A DNA stretch of 64,000 nt. Source: Lingula anatina (taxonomy: Eukaryota; Animalia; Brachiopoda). Both the position numbers and the translations under genes were made by a program. Of the stretch, positions 1 to 35,900 are shown one piece after another. Numbering within the stretch: the first letter of the stretch is position 1; the number at the start of each line of letters is the position of its first letter. Where the stretch lies: NCBI GenBank assembly GCA_051362555.1, contig CM120640.1:66814788-66878787 (forward strand), in the 5' to 3' direction. Below the pieces are notes generated by a model, which saw only the letters and a program-made list of their open reading frames with translations, was not told the origin of the DNA and did not search any database.

Positions 1-109
1 AACCTTCTGCCACTTTAACAATGAAAGGAAGACTGAATTTCTCCACCACTTCCTCGGTAGAGTAATAAACTTTTGACCAAGTCAACTCGGAAACGTCTGA
101 CTCGGCCAT
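1..109 (-). CDS. N-terminus of a CABIT-domain (GAREM/Themis-like) protein, continuing beyond the left edge
   Basis: ATG at 109 opens MAESDVSELTWSKVYYSTEEVVEKFSLPFIVKVAEG. The W-S...V..F-x-L-P-x-I-V-K-V-x-E-G pattern resembles the start of CABIT domains. Only 36 codons are visible. Confidence 0.6.
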   Translation of the reverse strand, partial: MAESDVSELTWSKVYYSTEEVVEKFSLPFIVKVAEG

Positions 110-325
110 GTTCTTTACTCGTACTGGTTATGAGATATCACGCAACTAGGTCAAACATGGGTTCGATTACTAAGGAACAAAAACATTATTTGTCCCGCGT
201 AGTTCAGGTTTTTGATAGGCAGACCCTGGATTAAAGTCCAAGTGATAACATAAGGGTAAGTTGAGCGAGCGCGTTTTTGTAAGCTTTGTCACTTCCTGGT
301 TTACTTATAACTAGAAAGATCTATT

Positions 326-600
326 GTCCCATTGGGTATTTTTGTTACCCGTGAAAAGCCACTTTTTATTTCCCGAGATGCGTGAAAGGCTCATATTATT
401 AAGCGTTATCCCGTGACTCGTGAATGGGGCTTTGATTCAGCGAAGTTATTATACACGGCGATTCATGATTTTCAGGGGATTTCGACTCGCATTATCGCTG
501 ACATATGAACAAAGTTTTACTTGTGAACTGTGTTTTGTGAATATATGTTTTTATTTATCCCGTCAACTGTGTTCACTGCCCCCCCCCCAATTGGACCCTC
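326..600. mobile_element. Possible degenerate MITE
   Basis: GTCCCATTGGG (326-336) and CCCAATTGGAC (~586-596) form an imperfect inverted pair around a CpG-containing interior with repeated CGTGA motifs. Confidence 0.3.
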
Positions 601-887
601 TCTATTGGAGCAAAAATATACTTGAATAAAAAAAAAACCTTTGTATTTCCTTACCGTATCTACAAGTGGCAAGGGGGAAATACATCAGAATCACAAAGAT
701 AAGATATCCATTTCTGAACGCAGGTCCACATGGATAATATTCATTTTTATACAGAAACAACTTAGGAAAAAAGCGCATTGCAGTGCATATTGTTAGTATT
801 AAACCTTAAAACAAGGCAGCAGATACCCCTAATTACATAAAAAATACAATTAAGTACAAGTCTACCTGGTAACAAAATGGGGCTATT

Positions 888-1297
888 ATTAATCACCTTC
901 GCCAAGGAGGTTACGTTTATACTTTGTTTGTCTGTTTATTGAACTTTGAAGATTATATTTTGGCGATGATCCATTGATAAAATAATTGTAAATTATTATT
1001 TTTGTCTGTCTGTCTGTTAGCAACAACATGCAAAAAGATAGGGACTTTGATTAGATTTTCAAAATAGGTCGGAAAGGGGCTATATTTGGGTGGTGATTAA
1101 GCAGTTAATAAATTAGTTTCTAAATTAATTAATTAATCAATAATTGTGAGATTATAGGTACTTGATAAATTAATTAAATAATAATAAATACTAATGAGAA
1201 TTGAGTTAATCTATTAATAAACTAGTTAATACAGATAAATGAGAATGAGAATCAAGTTGTCTTGGCGGAGGTTGTGCTTGCCCAGTGCTTTCCAGTT
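888..1297 (+). mobile_element. Short non-autonomous Helentron (HINE/DINE-1-like) element
   Basis: 5' subTIR ACCTTCGCCAAG followed by GAGGTT, a (TGTC/TGTT)n microsatellite, 3' subTIR CTTGGCGGAGGT (1261-1272), then a degenerate stem-loop and TTTCCAGTT end. This is the canonical HINE layout. Confidence 0.7.
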
Positions 1298-1687
1298 GTT
1301 TATGAAAAATGACAGCTATGCTCGACCTTATTTGATGTTGACCAAACAGTAGAGTCATCTCCTTACATATGTTTACCATACCAAAACACAATCAAAAGAA
1401 TAGTTTGTATTATTCCTGTCAAAACACATATTTGCATAACTGAAATGTCACGCACACATTCACTAACACCAATAAAGATGAAATGAAGGCAGCATGTATA
1501 ATTCAAAATAAATTATATTTTGGTATATTAATGGCTTCACCATTAACCACACAGAGAAATTCATGAATGAGCTGTTATCAAAATACTATTGTTTTTCTTT
1601 AACTTTGCACTATAATAATTTCTTTGTAACAATAACACATAGAACATGTAAAAAGCAACATTCAATTTGGTCATCAAATTATTTAAG

Positions 1688-4600
1688 TCAGTCTTTGTAT
1701 TCTTCCTCATCAACAGCAGTAAAATGTGACTGGATCATTATTTTTAAAGTTTCAATGAATTCCTGTGAAGAATCACTTCTAGGAAGGTAACTTCTTATAG
1801 ATGCCTGGAGCTGAAATTACAATATCAACAACATTTAGGTTTTGAGAAACATATACGTGGTATTAAGCTTTAGTTTAAGGTTGATTTATCTAACAGGAGG
1901 AAAAAACTGCATCTTTCACAATAATACACTTATATTAACTGTATGTACGTAGTAGTAGTACGTAGTAGTAGTTAACTGTCAATTCAACAGGTTTCAATGG
2001 TAGACAAAAAACTGTACTCTCTTTGAAAACACAATTGGATGCAAGTCAAAGCAAACAACCTTTATACTATGTCACAATACACAAAAGAAACTCATGGCAC
2101 CCACTTTTTCTAAGCAGCTTGCTGTGGAGGCACTTTTATATCTCAGTAGCATCTCCACTCTGCTAGTGTACACTGCAAACTTCTCTATTAGACATCTCAG
2201 TGTCTTCTGGAAGTCCTCATTTAATACACCGTTCACATCCGGGAACAAAACATAACTGAACTGGTAAGGGATTTCTGAAATCACCAGTTAATGTATTAAT
2301 GCTTTGCCATTTTGCTGACACATTACATGCTGTTCCAACAATAAATGATGACAGTAATAAAATGATGATGACAATTTTTAAAAAGAGATTCAAGTAGAGG
2401 ACATATTATTCATTTCCTTTTGAACAAATACATTTTGCTAAGATGTACGACTCTGTCTTAGCTTTACATCCCTGATCATTAATAGCAGACTGAAAATGCC
2501 CCATGGCGATGAAGAAAAAAAAAATCGATCATCCTTAACATTAAAATACCTCTTTAAAAGATTCTATTGATCATATTCAGTTAAGTTCAAAGTACCACAT
2601 GCATTCAAAGATCAAAGAAATGTACACCTATAAAGAATACTTACTGAAGTCACCAGCACTACTCTGCTCTTGACTAACTGTCAGACATTTTATCTGGGAC
2701 ACCATGCTGTTGTTGAGTCTGTTGTAAGGACTGATAATAATGCCAATGAAGTGGTTACCTCCTTTTGAAAACCATTCCTGGAGGGGAAAACAGTGTGTCA
2801 TTTATTCTATATAAAATATCAGAAATACCAAAGGCAATGAAACTTTTCTAATTTTTAAAGTAATTGGACAATGGCAAACATATCTCTCCTTGTAACCTTC
2901 ACTAGAGATTCACATACTCAGTCATTACTGATCAAGCTAAAAAAATGAATTAATAGTTTTACCTGAAACTTTTCTTGTGTCTCAATATCTCTTATGGAAG
3001 GATTTGGTGCGAATGTTGGATGTGAATGATACCAGCCAACAACATTGTAGCCTAGGGTTCTGATCTTCTCACTAGCCTGAGTTTGGGACACTGCAAAAAA
3101 ATAACAAAAAAATTATAATGATAAGATAATTTCAAAAAATAATAAATCACAATAATAGAAATTAAATTAAATTTCAGTTAGGAGCTTGGTTTTTATCATA
3201 GCAGACAGTGATGACTATATGTCAGTCCCTAAAAATAACAGAAAGTATGCTTCGTCACTTTGCTCTTTGTATGTTGTGGAAAATGTCAAAACATGCCTAG
3301 AGAGTTGCACCTAAAAAGAACCCTGTGTTGTGCATACAAACCTGGGTCCATCTCACACTGCATCCCTGTGCTGAGGCTATTACAAGGCTCTGCTATAAAC
3401 ACTTGAAGTTTCCCCTGTTCCTCAGAGAATGTGCCTCCCAGAAGCCCTATCACCTCGGTCTTAGCCATGTGTGAATGGACGTCCATCATGGTCTGGGCTG
3501 AGGTGGACAGATCCACCAGGAAAGGAGCCTGCATTTTAACAGAGGGGTCAAAACATTAGACATATCTAAAAAATAGCACTTGGTGGGGTTTTACAATTTT
3601 CTAGAAAAGACTTTATTGTGTTGAAGTTATTTAGAAACAGACAGTTGAAAATTGCAATTGAGACGTATTTTCCATAACAATCACATCAATCAATTAAATC
3701 TGTGCTAAAAATGATACTGCGTTCACTTGCCTTCTTTTCCTCAGAGAAGTTCATACAAGGTACCAGCTTGAATGGATCATATTTTATTTTGTAAACTTTG
3801 GGTTTGGATGAGCCTTCTTCTGTAGGTTTGTGCTAAAGACAAAATGTGGATAAACACCTTACATTTTATATCAAGCATTAATAACATTTCACTGTGATCT
3901 AAATCTTGACATCTACGTATATATCTATAAATCACAGGCAGTACCTAATACATTTTTGCTGATTTGACAGAGAAAGTGTTTTTATCATGAAAATTTCAAC
4001 ATCTTAGCTCCATAACAATACCTCTATTGTTGTTCCCTCTAACTCATCTTCATTGATCCAATTTCCAAAGGCATCTCTAACTCTTCTCTTTCTAGGTCTC
4101 TGCAAATTGAACTAAGATATATTCACCTATTGCACTGTAGGGCAACCTACAATTTGCAAACTAAAGAGCCTTTTGGTTTCTGTTTTAAAATCAGGATGCC
4201 ATTAAATACACTTAAACAGTTGTCCTATATATAACATACATATGTTTTAATGCAATTTGCACCATAAAAATATACTTTACCATGGCTTCCATTTTCTCTG
4301 CTTGAAGGGCTTGTAAAGTCTCCTTGTCAATCTTGACTTTAGAGGGTAATGTCAATCTTTTTGTTGGTCTCTTGTAACAAACCTCTTCTACAAAATACAA
4401 ATTTATACAATAGCCTTCTCGTTTCACTACTTTTCCTAAAATTATGTTAGGTCAATGAAAGATGATTCAATGCTTTTCTTGGAAATTCTAAATATATGTT
4501 AATGTAATTTAAAACATCAAATATTTAAGTTTGCCACTCATATAATTCCATTATCTGAAAGTGCTTTGAATACTTACCACAATTAAAGTTAATACATCCT

Positions 4601-7600
4601 TTTACTTCTAAATAAGTATGAATACGACCAATGCAATTCACATCTCCGCAGTTTTTCAAACCTGGACGTACTGCAGTCTTGTACAGAAATTTTGGTTTGC
4701 ACTTTTCCCTACAAAAAAGGACAAAATTAAATGAAAATCAAAAGGATAATCATATAATTAAAGGGATAACAAGAAAATTGATGATGTTGTGCAATTATTC
4801 CAGAAGAGTTAAAAAGGTAAAAGATGAATTTTTCTTAAAAAACTGGTTGCCAACTAATGTTTCGGGTCTTACAGCTTAAAAACTACTTTTTTCCTCGTCT
4901 TATCTTACCATGCATCAATAATGTGGTTTCTGATCGTCAGGTATCTTTGGGGTGTCTTCATAGGGCGCCCATCAAAGAATTCTGAATGAATATATTTTTC
5001 TTCATCTAGAATCTGATCCCGTTCCAAAGAAGTTTCTTCAACAGGTATTGGAAATGTAGCAGTCTTCCCTGTTGATGTCAATATCTCAAACTCTGAAGAA
5101 TATAAATACAAAATAAAATTTTTAAAAAGTGCTGCATTACTTGGTCATTACATCATGTCCCACAGTATAACAAGTCAACCACCAAATTCATTTCTCTATT
5201 AACATCTATAATGGGTTACTATATAACAGCTTTATGTCCACATAGAAAACAATATTTATAGTCACAGACTGGTTCAGCTGATTCAAAACCTTCAAGTACC
5301 TGCCAATTAATTGTCATTAGTCTGCTACCTGTGGTGCCATGGCAGGCTGTGCCTACTTACCACATGGGTTAAATGTGTCATCCTCCTGTTCTCCACCTTG
5401 TAGTTCACTGCTGGAAGTGGAGTTGCCATCCATTTCACAAGGCAGCACACCATGACTATTATACTGGTCTGAGGTACTGATCACTGAAGAACTACTAGAA
5501 ATACTGCCATTTAGCAATGATTCTTCTGTGTCTTTACTTTTGCCTAAGACACCTGATTGACGTGATACTTCATTCCTGTGTTCTGTAATATCATGAGATC
5601 CCAGATATGTGCCTGTGTCATTTGGTACATCTTTCTCTACATTTTCTTCCTCATCTACTTCTGGCTGTGTTTCAAGATGCACTGATTGAATGAGTTTATC
5701 ATAAACAGAACTAGGAGATGATGACCTTTGTAATAAAACTGCATTGTCAGTTTCAACCTCAGAGTCATCCTCAATGTCTATTTCTACATCTTCATCTTCC
5801 TCAACTTTTTCAATACATATTACATCATCTGGTAGTTCCTTCTTTTGTGGAGATTGCAATATGTTATCCATGTCTCTAATATCCAGCTTCATATCCAGGT
5901 TCTCATGGATACCAGTATCCAGATTAGGACATGAGTGGTTTAATGTCACATTAGTAGGCAATATGGAGGTCTCAGTACATGACTGAACAGCTGACACTGG
6001 ATCTGAATGACAGGTATCTTCTTCAAGTCTTGGTTTTTTCTTTGATTTATGTCGAAGAGGCATGCTTGGCTTCAGCTGTTTTCTCTGGGGTGAAGCTAAA
6101 GCTGATGGCACTGTTGGTTGACCAGTTGTGACTAACTTCAGTGCAGTTTCCAATGGATCAGGTGGCTTGTCACTGCCTCTAGAAATTTCTTCCAGGTCTT
6201 TGAGGTCAAAAGATTGCAGTAGCCTTGCATTGTGCTTGTTCTGAAATGCAGTATACAACATGATGAATACAAACATGTTGTAATTCTACATAATTACATG
6301 GCAAATATTCTTACACACATGCATGCATGACACAACAAAAGCTGAAAAAATATATATTTGTAGCTTTGATTAAGTACCAGTATTGTATTATGTTGACAAA
6401 AACATATAACTCGGATTTGTGGCTCGCTGCACCATAACTGGCACCACATTTGGGCACGAATTAAAATATTTTGGTAAGCATTGTCCAAGTTTGGGTCAGT
6501 AAGGGTTGAAGGCTACCTACAAAACACTTTAGACTTTAACTTACTTGTGTTTTAAAGAACTGCTGAGCATAGTTCTTCACCTGTAGGGTAGTTCTAGTTG
6601 GGATTAACTGTGCAATCTTGGTCCAACTTCTACCAAATATTTCCTGTAAACAAAAGATATTTCAGTCAAAAGTTAGCATTGTGTAAATAATGCTGAAAGC
6701 TTAATAAAAATAATTCTCCAGATGGCCAGATAGACTATCTATAAGCCACTGAATCAAAAATTTTTTATATGGCAGTAACACTATGATTTTAAAGTAATAA
6801 ATGCAAAATTTAACTGAATATTAAGTTATGACTTATTAAAATCCATTGTTCAGGAGTGGACATTTTTAATCCAGCAGACCATTTAAAATCACAAAAATGG
6901 AAAATAAAACTGAATAATTCTCACCAATCCTTTATGAAACAAGTCCTTTTCTTCTTGTGTCCATGGTTTCTTGTATGTGGATGAGGTCTGTGTGCTGCAA
7001 GAGGGCTTGGTTTTTCCAACACTCTTGGTGCCATTCAAATAATGTCTGAGATGCTTTAAGGAAACATGTCTCATCTGGGTTTCAGAACACTAAACCTCCA
7101 TGCAACACATGTATTACTGGCTTTTATGCTTTATATATTTTGTGAAAATGGGTAAATGTATACTTTCACAAAACAAATAATTATTATCAAATATGATCCT
7201 TAACAGAGTTCATTCTAAAGCAAAGTCTATGGTGCTTTTCAAAACAAGTTAGTGTGCTCTTGCTAGTGTGCATGAACTCCACAGTGACTCTATCTGAATT
7301 CATTTGAACAGATTAACAGACTAACACACCTTTTACTGGCACTGAGTAGAATACAGAGAAGCTGGTGACTATACAAGTACAATGGAAATAAGAGGAGGCA
7401 ATCTGAACAGCTCCTAAATATGAATCTTAGCAAAGATGAAGTTCTGTATCTGATCATTTATCAAAAATGTTTTCTAAGATAAGGATACTGTTCCTCTAGA
7501 AGCATTTTCTCTATGGTTGCCTTGCTTTTTTCATCCATGGTCAGATGATCCAGAGACCAGCCCTGGGGAAAAATAATAATTATAAGGCAGTGACAGATAG

Positions 7601-8254
7601 CATTTTAAGCACTGTTGGTATTAATATAAATTACCTACTCATTGCTGTAAAAAAAATCAGTAGTTATATATATTTAAATTTTGTTTCATTTCATCTGAAT
7701 GGAGTAATGCATTTGACTGCTCTATTTCACCAGAATATAGTTTAACAAAAATTATTCATAAATATTACAAAATAATATCTTACTTGTTCCAGCATCCATG
7801 GTGGCTGTGTAAATTCTGGCAGCAGATTCGCGGTTTTGGAAGGCAGCTCATTTACATCATAAGCAACTGATGGTTCTGGCCTAGTTTATTCAAAATTAAT
7901 ACATACTGAGATTATCTTTTAGACCTACCACACTTACTTGGCAAATTCGATTAATTAAAATATATAATGGGCAAAAATTATATTTAAATCATACAGAAAT
8001 GGTATGTATAGCACCTGCTTATTCAGTTAAGTTGGACATCAAGTTATTGTTCTTTTGTCGCGATTCAGTTTCTTTAGAATTGTACGTTGAATGTGTGCGT
8101 TAACACGACTGCAAACACAGGTACTTATAATCAAAATTAAGAGACATGTGGACTCTTGACAACAGGAAAATTCTACGTCATATACGCTACCGTAAACTTA
8201 CTCAATAGCCAATTCAAAATCGCCTTCAATGTCAACTTCGTCTTCGTCGGCCAT
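1688..8254 (-). CDS. MYSM1: Histone H2A deubiquitinase MYSM1 (SANT, SWIRM and MPN/JAMM domains), ~16 coding exons
   Basis: Exon 1 (8202-8254) [13 protein letters not shown]; SANT exons 6925-7045 and 6545-6643 ([11 protein letters not shown]...[24 protein letters not shown]); SWIRM ([21 protein letters not shown], ~4908-5092); MPN exons ~3342-3528 ([18 protein letters not shown]) and ~2963-3090 with JAMM motif [21 protein letters not shown]; last exon 1688-1810 ends in TGA. Confidence 0.95.
7046..7488 (-). other. U12-type (minor spliceosome) GT-AG intron of MYSM1
   Basis: 5' splice site GTATCCTTA, U12-like branch sequence TTTCCTTAAAG about 8 nt before the CAG acceptor, no polypyrimidine tract. 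Splicing gives in-frame MLLEEQ-HYL. Confidence 0.9.
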
Positions 8255-8734
8255 AGTATATACTTTATTTTGACCGGTAGAGGTCAGACGTTATCCAAGA
8301 AACGCTTATTTTTAAATATATTCTCTCATTTTGGAAAATATTGATCTACATAATTTGATATTTTAGCTTATTTGAATTATTTTGACACTTTTTCGTTGGT
8401 GATACATTTTTTTTGGACATTGAAAATGTATAAGTGGCTATCACTGTCTAGTTAATTGCATGGGCTTTTCTTTGCAATAAGTAAACTAATTAGGCCCCTA
8501 AAAATTAATCCCACCAATTTTACAAAAAACATGGTTGTAAGATAATATTCTTGACAATTACCAGGAAGTGTTTTTAATTTTGTACAGCATATTATGATTT
8601 TTATTTTCTAAGTTGTTATATATATCAATAAAAGGTAATATTTACCGTAGAGTCTTTGTTGTGAAACAAGGACCGAATCATGCTGTCACATGATTTTATA
8701 TGGCTTGGCAGACGAAAGAGGCGGATCTCGGAGG
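8255..8734. promoter_or_regulatory. Probable bidirectional promoter shared by MYSM1 and WASHC5
   Basis: The MYSM1 ATG (8254, -) and a likely non-coding first exon of WASHC5 (donor GGAG|GTAAAT at ~8735, +) diverge within 500 bp. ETS-like CAGGAAGT at 8562-8569; CpGs retained locally. Confidence 0.6.
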
Positions 8735-9308
8735 TAAATATTGAGAAGGGCATTTGTATTCCTTCATGTATGTTTTTAGAAATTTGACTGCATTTTTAAT
8801 GAAGGACATTCGAGGAGCTAATGTAAGCTTATATTTGAAGATAGAGTAACTGCTGCAAAAGAACAGAAACCATTGCACTTCTACACATGATAGTTTACGG
8901 GATGTACATGTACTGTACTACATGTACATGATGTAGATGTACCGGGTATTTCTTTGAAATATACAGCACTGAATAATGCAGCCAAAACAGATATGCCATT
9001 GAAGAGCTACTGTATACAAGTACAAACACACAGAGTTTTATACTAACTACTCCAAATCACCAATGATAGAAAGACAAGGAGGATAAATTCAGTTAGGATA
9101 TCAGATTATGTTGACAATCTTTGTGAGTCCAGTTTCAATTCACTCAACCTTCACTTTTTATGTCTCACTAATATGATGAATTTGCAACCAAATTGGTCAC
9201 TGTTTACAACATGTGACTTTGTCACTATCCGGATTTTCATTATTTTTTATTTGCAGCAGTGCCATAACCAAATGATGCATATGGAAATTTAACCACAAAA
9301 ACACAACT

Positions 9309-30923
<21,615 letters not shown>

Positions 30924-32453
30924 AACTGGTTGATATTACCTAGATGAATGAAGGATCAGAAGAAACCATTCTTATTCAAATCTGCTTCTGATACAGCACC
31001 TGGATAACCCAGAACTAAGAAGATGCATAAAAAATATTGGAAAAGATACAGAAAAAAAAACAATATTTTTTCATGCTGCTTAAGTCATGTAATTGCCTAA
31101 TGAAAATGTGGTCAATAAGTACTTGTCAACATATTTGAGTTGCAAAACATGGAATTAATATGAAAAATATTTCAAAGGTTTGAAGCCTGCAGATGATTGC
31201 CTGTTGATCAAGTGATGGTCATGTATGTGTAGTTTCTATTCAAGATTGCACATTTGAGAGTAATTTCCAGGCTATTTTGCAGTTAAACATCTGAGGCATT
31301 TAAATGTTTGTGTAAAATTTTGGAGAAAATAAGGTAAAGATTTTTTTAAATCAGTCAATGCATACACAAATGAGAGTAACCTCGTTTGGCATGGATTTCA
31401 TTAGTCTGGTAAAATGGTTATCTCACAAGTTTTTCATTTTTTTGTGCACAAACTCTTGGGTGATTTCTTTCGTCCAAGACCAACTAAACACACGAAGTTG
31501 TATTTGAGTTTCATTTGTGGTATGTTTACCCTCAGCCCACCACAAAAGCACCTGCTCCGCAGGGGGCCATGCCCTGCCGAGATCACAGGTAGAACGTGGT
31601 GTGGGATGGTGCACAGGGCATTAGCTGCCTATTTAAGACTTGGGAGAAAGAGAAAAGCACGTGGAGCTTCCAAGTCAGACAAGAAGCCTATTTATATGTA
31701 ATAAGACAGGTGTGCAAGAACTATAGGGCCTGATATTGGGTTGCTCACCAACTGTAATATATGAACATCTTGTATGAAATAGGATTCCGTTAGTAGTACT
31801 TATACATAATTTGGATTATGCAGATATGGTGTAACATTACGTCGCAGACCCTTCCTTTAGGGAAAAGTACTGGAATTCTTCTAGATTTTTTGTTTGTTTT
31901 GGGGGGAGGGGGGCATATAAATAAATGTGAGTGATACAAAAAAAAAATAAAAATAACACAATGATACAATTGTTAATTTTTAATTCATACAAAAATATCA
32001 TAATTTTGTGTAATCTAAAATTGTTAGTGAAGTAATATTTTAAAGAGTTGAAATATTTTTGGAATCAGAATACTTTGAAAGCTATTCAGAGAAATTGGTG
32101 TAATTGTTGTCCTATGTAAATTAAATGCATTTTTACCCAAGATATCATCGATAAAAACTTACTGGTGCAATGTTAAATGACCATTGAATGTTACTTAACA
32201 TGAGGATACAATAATTTGTAAAAATTCCAAATGATCTTAAAAATCAATTATGGAATGATTATAAACAGATTTAATTTGAACATTAAATCATAAGATATGT
32301 TTTAAACATGGGCAAGTTTTTCTTTCTTGACAGTATTTTGTTTTAATCTGACACATGGATTGTTCACTGATTGTCACATGCTACTCCTAGGCTCACTTGA
32401 TGTGACCTTATTGCACATATATTTGACCAAGTACCAGAGTTCAAATTTTCTCT

Positions 32454-32694
32454 TCATTCTGGTGTGAACTTCCCCTCTGCAAACAATTTCTTCCACACAC
32501 TTCCACTGGGATATTCATACTCCAACAAGGATTCCTCTTTCATCTCTGCACTGTAACCTGGATCCTAAAAACCATGATAAGATTTTTTTTTCAATGTCAG
32601 ACTTTGCGATATCAATATTGTAGGAATGTTTTGAAGAAGTCTATGTAAAGTATGTATGGATGCCACAAACACATGCAGGTACACACAGGTAGGT

Positions 32695-32744
<50 letters not shown>

Positions 32745-32877
32745 CTGTATATATATATTAAAAAGTAAAAACGTTTTACCTGTATGAGTAATGAGTAATA
32801 TTATATATAATAAAAAGGAAAAAAGAACAGCAACTTTTTTTTGGGGGGCAAAAAAGTTGCTGTTCTTTTTTCCTTTT

Positions 32878-32931
<54 letters not shown>

Positions 32932-35900
32932 CAATGCATACCTTAGGGACTGTGTAACACCCATCTTTAACTACACATGGAGATTTAAAGTGCTCATGAA
33001 GATGGTCCACATATTCTGTCACTCTAAAACAGAATGCAATATTATCAGATATTGTAAAATAATACAATGAATAAAACACTACCAAAATTTTAGTTAGTAT
33101 GAAAAATACATATCTAGATACATTTATTTTGATAGTTAACAATAAAATGTACATATCTCATCCAAGTACTATCTTTGTGGAAGTGGAGAAAGAAAAGAAA
33201 AGTCTAAGTTGCCTGTTTTCCATGGAAGCTGACACACAGATGTAGTCAAAGATGCATAAATGGTTGATATATTCACACAAGCCTACTCCTCCACCATGCG
33301 GGCATACTGGTACTGCAATGAAAAACCTTATAGGGTCATTTTGACTGGAATCCGTCTAAATTTGAGATTTCTCACCCTTTTGTCTGTTTAACGTTATAAG
33401 GATTGAGACAGAAGATGACATCATACTGTTCAACATTGTGGTATGCCTCATTAATTTTAAGTACAAGTATGTTTTATCAAAATATGCCTGAAAAATTGAA
33501 CCAAAATTCACCTACCTCCATACTTGTAAGCCATCAACAAAACCACCAAGATCTCATTGACTCCTCCCAGACGACAGCTGTCAATCTGGCAAAATTGCAT
33601 GGCACCTTCCACGATAAACTGTTTGAACATGACACGGTTCTGGCACATTTCCCCTGTTGCCACTCCAATACCATAAGGCTTCAATGCCTGGAAAAAATAA
33701 GAGCAGATTTTTGGAATATCACTTTTAAATCATCATCATGATCAAAGTTTGTTATTTTTGTCTATTTTTTATCAATCCTTGTATTATCCATCAGTCATTG
33801 AATGGTACTTTTTTCAGGCATTCCCAAATTTCCTACCTTGGACTGTTTGATGTAACGTTATCTTTTAGAATAATTGGTTTTTTAAAAATTACTTTAGCAA
33901 TAGCAGCATGTCCCATAATGTCATCAGGACTAGTGGGTTCCTCAATCCACAAAGGCTTGAACTCAGCCAATTGTTTCATCCAATCTATAGACTGTTGCAC
34001 ATCCCAGCGCTGGTTAGCATCTGTCATCTAGAAATGTTAAGAAATGCAAACGGGTCACAACTGTTACAAAGTACATCAAGATATTCATTGTCTGTGGGGA
34101 TTTTAAATTTGTTCGTGTCTTGTGTAACAGAAATGATATGATTGTGCAGACATAATTTTTTACATTCAGTACTGGCCTTAAAACTAATATTACTTAGGTA
34201 CAGACAATTTGCACTTTCTTACCGTTTTTTCACTGGGCAAAAAAAACATCTAGAATACAGTCACATCACATGTTCATGCACTGGTATCCCACAACATAAA
34301 TACTTACCAAGACCTTGTCATATCCTATCTGTTCCCTGATCACTCTACATCTTCTTATGTCATCCTTTAGGTCAGCACCAACTTTCACCTTGAATCTGTA
34401 AAATTTCAGTGTAAAATCTTCATAAAATAATACAGATTTAAAGAAAAATAATAAAAATTTATGTCACTCCACCTTTTTTTATCATGATAGAATTTTTATT
34501 TTGCATTTCACATATTGAATTAAGAAAGGGGGCTTAAATTTGAATAAAGGAAACTGTATGCTATGTAATAAATAAACAAGGCAGCAAAGCTGTCAAATGT
34601 ACAGACAAAGAACAGAAAATAAAGATGCAAATAAGTGAAAAATTAAATTTTCACAAAAAACTGTTAAATTGCCACAAAAATTTACCAAACAGACTGCGTT
34701 GCCTATTGAAGCTGTATGTTAGACCCATGTTTCTTTCCTGTAAGTTTGATAACAGGAAGTGACATGATTTCCCTTAAATGGTCATCATAGGAGCAGTGCC
34801 CAAAATAGGAGTTTCTTCAAATTTTGATGCAACATTACATAATGTTTAACAGCATAATGACAATCAAATGTTATTAATAAAATATTAGTAACATGGACAT
34901 TCAGAAAATGTGACAAGCAAAAGTCTTCAAGATCATGGAACTTTAAAGTCACACCTTGAAAATGCCAATATGTGAAAAATAAAATTTTCACAAAAAACTG
35001 TTTAACTGCCAAAAAAAAAATAAATAAATAAATAAAAATACCAAACAGACTGCATTGCCTACTGAAGCTGTATTTTAGTCCCATGTTTCTTTCCTGTAAG
35101 TTTGAGAACAGTAAGTGACATGATTTTCCTTAAATGGTCATCATGGAAGCAGTGCCCAAAATAGGGGTTTCTTCAAATTTTGATGCAATATTACATAATG
35201 TTTAACAGCTTAATGACCATCAATTTTTAATTATAAAATATTTGTTTCACAGATATTCAGAAAATGTGACTAGCAAAGGTCTTCAGGCCCATGGAACTTC
35301 AAAGTCACGCCTTGAAAATGCCAAAATGTAAACAAGACAGCACTGTTCTGAAATGGGTTTATTTCCATTTTCAACACTTTTTTAACATAAAACAAAATAA
35401 ACATTTTACTGCCATTTTATATGACCAACTAAGAAAATTGATGAGATGGGAAAAGTATCAATAGAACAGTGTTAAATGTCCAATTTCCTCCATTCTGAGA
35501 TTCTGAACATAGTGGATGATTGAATCTGACAAACTGCAATGATATGAGTTTATTTCCATTTTTGACACTTTATTACACATTACATGATAACAAATTTACC
35601 ATGTTTTTTACATGATCAACTAACAATGTTGTAAAGATGCAGGAAATATCAAACAAACACTTTTAGGCATCTTATTAGTTAAATAATGAGACTGTTAACA
35701 TGCCTAATAATTGAATCTGAGGAAATGTGAAAAACAGTTTAACTTCTAAAATAATGGCCCGATTATGCTGATTTTCGAACTCAACCTGCGTTTTAGTAAG
35801 ATTGACCACCCCTGTGAGTATAATTACAATTGGCCAATCCGTTTTTCTTATATTGTGTTATCAGTGTTGTATTTATATTGAAAATAGTGAAAAAACAGCA

